Below, piece by piece: positions 39,365-47,517 of a stretch of 64,000 nt of DNA (position 1 is its first letter; each line of letters starts with the position of its first letter). The position numbers and the translations under genes were made by a program. The DNA comes from an uncultured Gemmatimonadales bacterium (GTDB lineage Bacteria; Gemmatimonadota; Gemmatimonadetes; Longimicrobiales; RSA9). The stretch is from assembly GCA_963708135.1 (NCBI GenBank), contig OY970192.1, positions 1,024,001 to 1,088,000 of the forward strand. The letters run 5' to 3'. The notes beneath the pieces are model-generated. The model saw nothing but the letters and a program-made list of their open reading frames with translations. It was not told the DNA's origin and ran no database searches.

Positions 39365-40324
39365 ATGAGTGTCGCCGCCCAGAAGGTCCCGGCCCCTCCG
39401 GCGACCCCGCCGTCCGCGCGCCCGCCTCGCGCCGCGCCGCCGCCGTCTCCCCCGCCGCTCGCGACGCTGCTCGCGACCCGGCCGGAGCGCGAGCGCGTCC
39501 GGCCGTTTCTGCCTCTGGCCGGTGCCCTGCTGCTGCACGTCCTGCTGCTGTTGCTCCTTCTCGTGCTCACCCCGTTGCGCGTGGAACACCCCGCCGCCTT
39601 CGTCTTCCCGCTGCCCACTGCGCCGCGGGAGGCGCCGCTGATCACGCTGCTTTCGCCCGGCGAGACCGTCGGCCCGAAGCCGCCCGCCGGCGCGGCGGCT
39701 CCGCCGGCACCGGCTCCCGCGGCCGGGCCTGCGGCGCCGCTCTCGTTTCCGCGCGCGGTGCCGACGGAGCTGCCGCCGGTCCCGGCCGCCCAGCCGGGCG
39801 AGGCCCGTCCTGGCGCGCCGCGGGAGGGTACGGCGGGGGCGGGCGGCGCGGCGGAGGAGCTGCGGCCGCCGGAGGGAGACGCGAGGTTGTTCGGGGAGCG
39901 GAACCCGGCGGCGGTCGCGCCAATGACGGACCAGCAGCGGCTGGAGGCGCGGGTGCAGGGCCGCATCGATGCGGTGAACGACTCGATCCTGGCGGCACAG
40001 GGGCGGGCGGAGAAAGCCACCGACTGGACGATCAAGGGGAAGGACGGCTCGGAGTGGGGGATCTCCCCGGGCAAGCTGCACCTGGGCAAGCTGACCCTGC
40101 CGCTGCCGATCTACTTCGAGCCGCCGCCGGGGAAGCGGGACGAGGCGGAGAAGCGGCTCTCGGAGTGGACGGAGATCAACCGGGCGGCGGACGCGGCGCA
40201 CAACCGGGCGATCTTCAAGGACCGGGTGAAGGCGATTCGCGAGCGGAAGGAGAAGGAGCACGCGGAGCAGCAGAAGAAGAAGCAGGAGAAGTCGTCGTCT
40301 TCCTCGTCGGAATCGTCCTCGTAG
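39365..40324 (+). CDS. Hypothetical single-pass membrane protein with Pro/Ala-rich linker
   Basis: TM helix ALLLHVLLLLLLLVL, long Pro-rich spacer, globular C-terminal segment DWTIKGKDGSEWGISPGKLHLG, Lys/Ser tail. Confidence 0.75.
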   Translation: MSVAAQKVPAPPATPPSARPPRAAPPPSPPPLATLLATRPERERVRPFLPLAGALLLHVLLLLLLLVLTPLRVEHPAAFVFPLPTAPREAPLITLLSPGETVGPKPPAGAAAPPAPAPAAGPAAPLSFPRAVPTELPPVPAAQPGEARPGAPREGTAGAGGAAEELRPPEGDARLFGERNPAAVAPMTDQQRLEARVQGRIDAVNDSILAAQGRAEKATDWTIKGKDGSEWGISPGKLHLGKLTLPLPIYFEPPPGKRDEAEKRLSEWTEINRAADAAHNRAIFKDRVKAIRERKEKEHAEQQKKKQEKSSSSSSESSS

Positions 40325-40349
40325 AGGCGCGGCCGGCCGGCCGCGCCTC
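40324..40349. repeat. Perfect 26-bp palindrome
   Basis: GAGGCGCGGCCGGCCGGCCGCGCCTC equals its own reverse complement; starts at the last base of the upstream stop codon. Confidence 0.85.
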
Positions 40350-40460
40350 ACGCACCCCCCGTTCGTCGGCTCGCGCCAGCCCGCTTTGTGGGCTCCTCCA
40401 TGGTCCCGGAATTGCACCGTTCTCGCCGCGACGATCATCCCGGAAATGAAGGAGATCACG

Positions 40461-41249
40461 ATGTTCGGTACCCCGGATCGGAATCGCGAGAAGGGCATAG
40501 TGGCGGTCGCCGTGGGCGCGGGCGTGGGGCTGACGGCCGCGGCGCTCGTGCTCTGGCGCCGGCGGCGGGAGCGGCCGGCCGAGGAGAAGCGGCGGGCGGC
40601 GCGGCTGGCGAAGCTGGAGAAGGAGGCGGTGCTGCTTCTGCGGGAGGACGCACATGTGGCGGGTCAGCCGATCGACGTGGCGGTGGTGACGGAGGGGATC
40701 GTCGAGCTGAGCGGCTCCGTGGAGACGGAAGCGCTCGCGGACCGGGCGGTGGAAGCGGTGCAGCGGGTTCCGGGAGTGCACACGGTGCTGAACCGGCTGG
40801 ACGTGGCGCGGGAGCTGGCGCACCTGGCGGAGAACCAGCGGCGCGGGGTGCGGGGTGCGGGCGAGACACACTGGTACGGTGTCCGGGTCGGGATGGGACG
40901 CCGGCGGCAGTCCCCGGCCACGGATCCGGCGCGGCCCTCGGACCGCGTGCCGATGGTGGAGCGGGCGCTGGGCGCGAACCGGGCGGTGGAGGAGGCGAGC
41001 GAGCCGATGGCCAAGATCCCGACCGGCGTCGAGGGGCACAGCTCGAAGCCGGCGGGGGCCACGGATCGGGGCAGCGTGCAGGAGATGTCGCACCGGCGGA
41101 CGGGGAACGTCGGGGAGCGGTGGCCGGAGGAGGGCGGCGGGGCGGCGGGCGGCGTGCACGAGAACGTGCAGCCGGGGACCGAGCTCTCGCTGGAGGAATC
41201 GGGCCTGGAGCGCGAGCTGGCGGAGCGGCGCGGGGAGGATCGCGGCTGA
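40461..41249 (+). CDS. BON-domain membrane protein
   Basis: N-terminal TM, then IDVAVVTEGIVELSGSV...AVQRVPGVHTVLNRLDV; AAGGAG SD. Confidence 0.85.
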   Translation: MFGTPDRNREKGIVAVAVGAGVGLTAAALVLWRRRRERPAEEKRRAARLAKLEKEAVLLLREDAHVAGQPIDVAVVTEGIVELSGSVETEALADRAVEAVQRVPGVHTVLNRLDVARELAHLAENQRRGVRGAGETHWYGVRVGMGRRRQSPATDPARPSDRVPMVERALGANRAVEEASEPMAKIPTGVEGHSSKPAGATDRGSVQEMSHRRTGNVGERWPEEGGGAAGGVHENVQPGTELSLEESGLERELAERRGEDRG

Positions 41250-41336
41250 CCCCACGGGGGTACCGACGGGGAGCCGCCCGGACCGCCTCCGCGCCGCGCG
41301 CGTCGGGGGCGGTGCTGCATCGTAGCGGCAAGGCCG

Positions 41337-41366
41337 TTGACGAAGTTGGCGCGCGCACGCTAAGCT
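41337..41366 (+). promoter_or_regulatory. Putative sigma70 promoter of valS
   Basis: TTGACG(41337-41342)-N18-TAAGCT(41361-41366). Confidence 0.6.
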
Positions 41367-41396
41367 TCGCGTTTTTCCACAACTACGCCGGAAACC

Positions 41397-44123
41397 ATGC
41401 CCGAACCCCTGTCTCCGCAATACGACCCGAAGGACACCGAGGCCGCGCTCTACCGGTCGTGGGAGGAGCACGGTTTCTTCCGCGCGCACGCGGAGCGGGT
41501 GCTCTCGGGGGAGCGGGAGCCGTACACGATCGTGATCCCGCCGCCGAACGTGACGGCGCCGCTGCACATCGGCCACGGGCTGAACAACACGCTCCAGGAC
41601 GTGCTCGTGCGGTGGCGGCGGATGCAGGGGCGGGAGGCGCTCTGGCTGCCGGGGACGGACCACGCCGGGATCGCCACGCAGAACGTGGTGGAGCGGGTTC
41701 TGGCGCGGGAAGGCAGGACGCGAGAGGACCTGGGGCGGGAGGCGTTCGTCGCGCGGGTGTGGGAGTATGTTCGCGAGACCGAGCGCTCGATCCTGGCGCA
41801 GCTCCGGGCGATCGGAAGCTCGTGCGACTGGAGCCGCACACGCTTCACGCTGGACGAAGGGCTCTCACGCGCGGTTCGCGAGGTCTTCGTGCGGCTGCAC
41901 GAGAAGGGGCTCGTCTACCGGGGCAACTACATCATCAACTGGTGTCCGCGCTGCCTGACGGCGCTCTCGGAGGAGGAGGCGGAGCCGCGCGAGACGGAGG
42001 GCGCGCTCTACCACCTCCGCTACCCGCTGGCCGAGGGGGCGGCGCCGGAGGGTTTGCCCCGGCTGCCGGACGGCCGGGCGTACGTGGTGGTGGCGACGAC
42101 CCGCCCCGAGACGATGCTCGGGGACACGGCCGTCGCCGTGCACCCGGAGGACGAGCGCTACCGCGGCGTGGTGGGGGCGCGGGTGGAGCTGCCACTGACC
42201 GGGCGCACGATCCCGGTCATCGCGGACGCCTACGTGGACCCGGAGTTCGGGACGGGCGCCGTCAAGATCACGCCGGCGCACGACCCGAACGATTTCGCGA
42301 TGGCGGAGCGACACGGCCTCGAGAAGCTGGACATCATGACGCCGGAGGCGACGATGGGCGCGGCGGCGCCGGCGGCGTTCCGCGGGCTTGACCGGCTCGA
42401 GGCCAGGCGTCAGGTGGTCGAGGCGCTGCGGGCGGAGGGGCTGCTGGAGGGCACGACACCGCACGCGCACGCGGTGCCGCACTGCTACCGGTGCGACACG
42501 GTGGTGGAGCCGCGGCTGTCGGAGCAGTGGTTCGTGCGCATGAAGCCGCTGGCCGAGCGGGCGCTCGAGGCGTCGCGCTCGGGGCGGGTCCGCTTCACGC
42601 CGGAGCGCTGGACGAAGATCTACGAGCACTGGCTGGAGAACATCCACGACTGGTGCATCTCGCGGCAGCTGTGGTGGGGGCACCGGATCCCGGTGTGGTA
42701 TTGCCGGGCGGCGGGATGTGAGGAGACGATCGTCGCGCGCGAGGATCCGGGCTCCTGCCCGAAGTGCGGGGGCGGGGCGCTGGAGCAGGATCCGGACGTG
42801 CTGGACACGTGGTTCTCCTCGTGGCTGTGGCCATTCTCGACGCTCGGCTGGCCGGACGAGAGCGAGGATCTGGAGGCGTTCTATCCGACGACGACGCTGG
42901 TGTCCGCGTACGACATCATCTTCTTCTGGGTCTCGCGGATGATCATGGCGGGGCTCGAATTCATGGGCGAGGTGCCGTTTCAGGACGTCTACATCACGAC
43001 GCTGGTGCGGGATCACCTGAACCGGAAGATGTCGAAGTCGCTGGGCAACGGGATCGACCCGCTGGAGGTGGTCGAGCGTTACGGCGCGGATGTGCTGCGC
43101 TACACGGTGGTGGAGGGGGCGACCTGGAACGCGGACATCCTCATGAATTACGAGGACCTGGATGCCACGTTCGCGCCGGGGCGCAACTTCGCGAACAAGG
43201 TATGGAACGCGGGCCGCTTCGCGCTGATGAACCTGGGCGACGGCTCCGTGCCGGCGCTGGAGTCGGTCGGGGCGGAGCTCGAGCTCGCGGACCGCTGGAT
43301 GCTCTCGCGGCTGGGCGCGGCGGTGGAGGAGACGACGCGGAACCTGGAGGCGTTCCGCTTCCACGAGACGGCGGAGACGGTCTACCACTTCTTCTGGGAC
43401 GAGCTGGCGGACTGGTACATCGAGCTGGTCAAGCCGCGACTGCGGGGGGAGGCGGGGGAGGCGAGCCGGGGGGCGGCCCGGGCGACGCTCGTGACGGTGC
43501 TGGACGGGGTGCTCCGCCTGCTGCACCCGATCATGCCGTTCCTCTCGGAGGCGCTGTGGCTGCGGCTGCCGTGGCCCGAGGGGAGCGAGCGGGCGCCGTC
43601 GCTCGTGGTGGCGCGCTGGCCGGCCGCGGAGCGAAGGGATGCGGCGGCCGAATCCGCGATGGACGCGCTCATGGAGCTGATCCGAACGGTGCGCGCGCTG
43701 CGCTCCGAGTACGGGGTGCCGCCGTCGGCGCGGGTCTCGGTCCGGCTGACCAACGTGCCGGAGTCGTTGCGCGGGGCGCTGGCGGTGGAGACGCGCGCCG
43801 TGGGCGCGCTGGCGGGGGTGGCGGAGGTGCTGCAGGACGGGGTGGCGCGGCTGGCCGGGGCGGGCGCGCACGCAGTGCTGCGGGGCGGGGCGGAGGTGTT
43901 CGTCCCGCTGGCGGACGTGATCGACCTGGAGCGGGAGAAGGCGCGGCTCGCGAAGGAGCTGGAGCGGCTCGAGGGGCAGCTCGGGGGCACGGAGGGCAAG
44001 CTGGCGAACGAACAGTTCGTCTCGCGGGCGCCGGCGGAGGTGGTGGGGCGGGAGCGGGAGAAGGCGGCGAGCCTGCGCGACCGGCGCGACCGGCTGGCGG
44101 CGAAGCTCAGGGACCTGTCGTGA
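41397..44123 (+). CDS. valS: Valine--tRNA ligase
   Basis: PPPNVT..HIGH, DHAGIATQ, ATTRPET, DWCISRQLWWGH, KMSKS, C-terminal coiled coil. Confidence 0.99.
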   Translation: MPEPLSPQYDPKDTEAALYRSWEEHGFFRAHAERVLSGEREPYTIVIPPPNVTAPLHIGHGLNNTLQDVLVRWRRMQGREALWLPGTDHAGIATQNVVERVLAREGRTREDLGREAFVARVWEYVRETERSILAQLRAIGSSCDWSRTRFTLDEGLSRAVREVFVRLHEKGLVYRGNYIINWCPRCLTALSEEEAEPRETEGALYHLRYPLAEGAAPEGLPRLPDGRAYVVVATTRPETMLGDTAVAVHPEDERYRGVVGARVELPLTGRTIPVIADAYVDPEFGTGAVKITPAHDPNDFAMAERHGLEKLDIMTPEATMGAAAPAAFRGLDRLEARRQVVEALRAEGLLEGTTPHAHAVPHCYRCDTVVEPRLSEQWFVRMKPLAERALEASRSGRVRFTPERWTKIYEHWLENIHDWCISRQLWWGHRIPVWYCRAAGCEETIVAREDPGSCPKCGGGALEQDPDVLDTWFSSWLWPFSTLGWPDESEDLEAFYPTTTLVSAYDIIFFWVSRMIMAGLEFMGEVPFQDVYITTLVRDHLNRKMSKSLGNGIDPLEVVERYGADVLRYTVVEGATWNADILMNYEDLDATFAPGRNFANKVWNAGRFALMNLGDGSVPALESVGAELELADRWMLSRLGAAVEETTRNLEAFRFHETAETVYHFFWDELADWYIELVKPRLRGEAGEASRGAARATLVTVLDGVLRLLHPIMPFLSEALWLRLPWPEGSERAPSLVVARWPAAERRDAAAESAMDALMELIRTVRALRSEYGVPPSARVSVRLTNVPESLRGALAVETRAVGALAGVAEVLQDGVARLAGAGAHAVLRGGAEVFVPLADVIDLEREKARLAKELERLEGQLGGTEGKLANEQFVSRAPAEVVGREREKAASLRDRRDRLAAKLRDLS

Positions 44124-45552
44124 TCCTGGCGCACGGACAATCGGGCCCGGCGCGGGGCTCTCGCCTGGCACGCGCCGTGGCCGCACTGGCGATGATGGCG
44201 GCCGGGGCGGGATGCGCCCGGCCGCTGCCGCCTCCGGGGGGAAGCAGGACCGGTTACCGCCGGAGGTGGTGTTTACGCGGCCGGAGCAGCTCTCCGTGGA
44301 CACCGGCTATACGAAGCCGGTGGTGTTCACGTTCGACGAGCGGATCAGCGAGCGGGGGCTGGGGCGGAGCTCCGTGGTGGTCTCGCCGCTGTCGGGAGAG
44401 GTGGAGCTGGACCACTCGGGCGACGAGGTCAAGGTGTCGCTCAAGAGCGGCTGGAAGCCGGGGCAGATCTACCACGTGGTGCTGCTGCCGGGGCTGCACG
44501 ACCTGTTCGGCAACCAGCGGAAGGTGCCGGCGGAGCTGGTGTTCTCGACCGGCCCGTCGATCCCGCAGACGGCGCTCGCGGGACTGTTGACGGACCGGAT
44601 CACGGGCAAGCCGCAAGCGGACGCCTGGGTGCTGGCGCGCGCAGGCGCCGACTCGACCACGTACGCGGCCGTTACCGACACGGCGGGCTTTTACGCGCTG
44701 CGCTTCCTGCCGCCCGGCAGCTACGTGGTGACGGCCTTCGCGGACCGCAACAACAACCGCAAGCCGGATGTGAGCGAGGCGCTCGCCGTGGACACGGTGC
44801 GACTGGCGAGCGAGCGTGACACCGTGCTGCTGCCCACGCTGGCGCTGCTCGTGGCGGACACCGCTCCCGCCCGCCTGGTGCGCGCGGAGGCGAAGGACAC
44901 GACCGCGGTCCACCTCTTCTTCGACGATTACCTGGACCCGACGCAGTCGCTTGCCGGGGTGCACACGACCCTGTTGCGGATGCCGGACAGCACCCGCGTC
45001 CCGGGCGCGCCGCTGCTCTACTTCCCGAAGCAGTACGAACGGATGAAGGCGGCGCAGGCGCGCGCCGCCGCGGACACGGCGAAGGGCCGTCCGCCGGGGG
45101 CCGACACCGCCGCGGCGGCCGTGGCGGCGAAGCCGCCGGCCCCGGCACGGGCCGCCGGCGACACGGCGGCGGCGGACACCGTGCAGCTTCCCACGCGCGA
45201 GCTGGTGCTGGTGCCGTCGTCGCCATTCACCCCGCATACCAGGTACGTCGTGCAAGTGCAGGGGGTGGTGAACGTGAACGAGCTGGGGCGCGGCGCCGGC
45301 AGCGTCGCGTTCGAGACGCCGGCGCGGCCGAAGCCGCCCCCGCCGGACACGACCCGGGCGCGGGCACCGGGCGATACGACGGGGCGGGCTCCGGCGCCGG
45401 ACACGGGGGGGGCACGACGGCCGCCGGCGGACACGGCGCGGGCGAAGCCGGTGCCGGCGGACACGTCGAGGCCGCCTCCGGCGGACACCATGCGCCGCCC
45501 GGTGCCGCCGGATACGAGCGGTGCGCCGCCGGCGGCCGCAGCGTGGCCATGA
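44120..45552 (+). CDS. Lipoprotein with Ig-like (Big_5-type) and carboxypeptidase-regulatory-like domains; frameshifted at a G6 run
   Basis: Signal plus CARPLPPPGG in one frame and KQDRLPPEVVFTRP..FDERI in another; one extra G at 44236-44241 joins them. Confidence 0.8.
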
Positions 45553-46931
45553 CGGATCCTCGCCGGGCGATTCCTTCGGTGGACCGGCTGCTCGGCAGCG
45601 CGGCCTTCGCGGAGCTGGTCGGGGCCTGGCCGCGGCGCCGGGTGGTAGATGCGCTGAAGACAGTGCAGGCGGAGGTGCGGCAGCGGGTCGCGGCGGGGGA
45701 GGCGGCGCAGGGGCTGGAGGACGAGGCGACGTACGCGAGCGCGGTGGCCGCGCGGCTGGAGGCGGCGGAGCGTGTCTTGCTGCGGCCGGTGATCAACGCG
45801 ACGGGGGTGGTGCTGCACACCAACCTCGGGCGGGCGCCGCTGGCTGCGGCGGCCGTGGCGGCGGTGGTGCGCGCAGCGTCTTCCTACAGCAATTTGGAGT
45901 ACGACCTCGAGGCGGGCGAGCGCGGCTCGCGCTACGCCCACTGCGTTCCCCTGCTCCTCGAGCTGAGCGGCGCGGAGGACGCGTTGGTGGTGAACAACAA
46001 CGCGGGCGCGCTCGTGCTGGCGCTGAACACGCTGGCATTGGGGCGGGAGGCGGTGGTCAGCCGAGGCGAGCTGATCGAGATCGGGGGCTCGTTCCGCATC
46101 CCGGAGATCATGGAGCGGAGCGGGGCGCGGATGCGGGCCGTGGGCGCGACCAACCGGACGCACCCGGCGGACTACGCGGGCGCGATCGGCGTGGCGACCG
46201 GTGCGCTGCTGAAGGTTCACCCGTCGAACTACCGGGTCACCGGCTTCACGGCGGAAGTTTCGCTGGCGGAGCTCGCAGCGCTCGGCGCCGAGCGGGAGGT
46301 GCCCGTGATCAACGACCTGGGATCGGGGCTGCTCCTCGACCTTTCGGTGCTCGGGCTGCCGCGCGAGCCGACGGCGGCGGAGGCGATCGCGGCGGGCGCG
46401 GATATTGTCACCATGAGCGGGGACAAGCTGCTGGGCGGCCCGCAGGCGGGGATCCTGCTCGGGCGAGCGGCCGCGATCTCGGCGATGCGCCGCAACCCGC
46501 TGTGCCGCGCGCTGCGTCCGGACAAGCTGACGCTGGCCGCGCTCGAGGCGACGCTTGCGCTCTACCGGGAGCCGGAGCGGGCGTTGCGCGAGATCCCGAC
46601 GCTGCGCATGCTGGCGCTGGGAGCGGAGGCGCTGGCCCGACGGGCGCGGGGCCTCGCGGATGCGCTGGCCGCGAACGGCGTGGCGTCGGCGCTCGTGGCG
46701 GGGAGCTCGGCGGTGGGTGGGGGGGCCTACCCGGAGGCGGCGCTGCCCACGACGCTCGTGCTGCTGGAGGCGGCCGGCAGTTCCGCCTCGGAGGTGGAGC
46801 GGCGGCTGCGGCACGGCGCGCCGCCGGTAGTGGCGCGGATCGTGGACGACCGCGTTGCGCTGGATGCGCGGACGATCGCGCCCGCGGAGGAAGCGGCGCT
46901 GGTCGAGGCGGTGCGGGATGCCTGTACCTGA
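45549..46931 (+). CDS. selA: L-seryl-tRNA(Sec) selenium transferase
   Basis: VINATGVVLHTNLGRAPL, YSNLEYDL, VVNNNA, SRGELIEIGGSFRIP, SGDKLLGGPQAG. Confidence 0.97.
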   Translation: MTDPRRAIPSVDRLLGSAAFAELVGAWPRRRVVDALKTVQAEVRQRVAAGEAAQGLEDEATYASAVAARLEAAERVLLRPVINATGVVLHTNLGRAPLAAAAVAAVVRAASSYSNLEYDLEAGERGSRYAHCVPLLLELSGAEDALVVNNNAGALVLALNTLALGREAVVSRGELIEIGGSFRIPEIMERSGARMRAVGATNRTHPADYAGAIGVATGALLKVHPSNYRVTGFTAEVSLAELAALGAEREVPVINDLGSGLLLDLSVLGLPREPTAAEAIAAGADIVTMSGDKLLGGPQAGILLGRAAAISAMRRNPLCRALRPDKLTLAALEATLALYREPERALREIPTLRMLALGAEALARRARGLADALAANGVASALVAGSSAVGGGAYPEAALPTTLVLLEAAGSSASEVERRLRHGAPPVVARIVDDRVALDARTIAPAEEAALVEAVRDACT

Positions 46932-47451
46932 GCCCGGCCGCCCGGCTGCCTTCCTCGACCGGGACGGTACGATCATCGCGGAGCGGGGCTACCTGCGCGA
47001 CCCCGAGGGCGTGGAGCTCCTCGAGGGGGCGGCCGAGGGGCTCCGGCGGCTCCAGCAGGCAGGGTACGCGCTCGTGCTGGTGACGAACCAGTCGGGCATC
47101 GCCCGGGGTCTCGTCCGGGAGGAGGAGTACCGCGCGGTGCAGGCGAGGCTGGAGGCGCTGCTGCGGCAGCGCGGGATCACGCTGGCCGGCGTCTACCACT
47201 GCCCGCACCACCCCGATCACACGGGACCGTGCGAGTGCCGGAAGCCGGGAACGGGGCTCCACCGCCGGGCGGCTGCCGAGCTGGGCCTCGATCTGTCCCG
47301 CTCGCTCTACATCGGGGACAAGGCGTCGGACGTGCTGCCGGCGGCGGCGCTGGGCGGGCGAGGAATCCTGGTACGGACGGGGTATGGGGGAGAGGCGGAG
47401 GTCGGGAGCTGGGTGGAGGTGGTCGAAGGGTTGGGGGGGGTGGAGGTATGA
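46918..47451 (+). CDS. gmhB: HAD-IIIA phosphatase (D-glycero-manno-heptose bisphosphate phosphatase-like)
   Basis: FLDRDGT, VTNQSGIARG, CPHHP..CECRKP, IGDKASD. Confidence 0.88.
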   Translation: MPVPEPGRPAAFLDRDGTIIAERGYLRDPEGVELLEGAAEGLRRLQQAGYALVLVTNQSGIARGLVREEEYRAVQARLEALLRQRGITLAGVYHCPHHPDHTGPCECRKPGTGLHRRAAAELGLDLSRSLYIGDKASDVLPAAALGGRGILVRTGYGGEAEVGSWVEVVEGLGGVEV

Positions 47452-47458
47452 GCCCAGA

Positions 47459-47491
47459 GGGTAAGGGTAAGGGTAAGGGTAAGGGTAAGGG
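47459..47491 (+). repeat. Perfect (GGGTAA)5GGG tandem repeat
   Basis: Five exact units, directly abutting TTGACA at 47492. Confidence 0.95.
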
Positions 47492-47517
47492 TTGACAGGG
47501 GGCAGGGAGGGGGCTAG

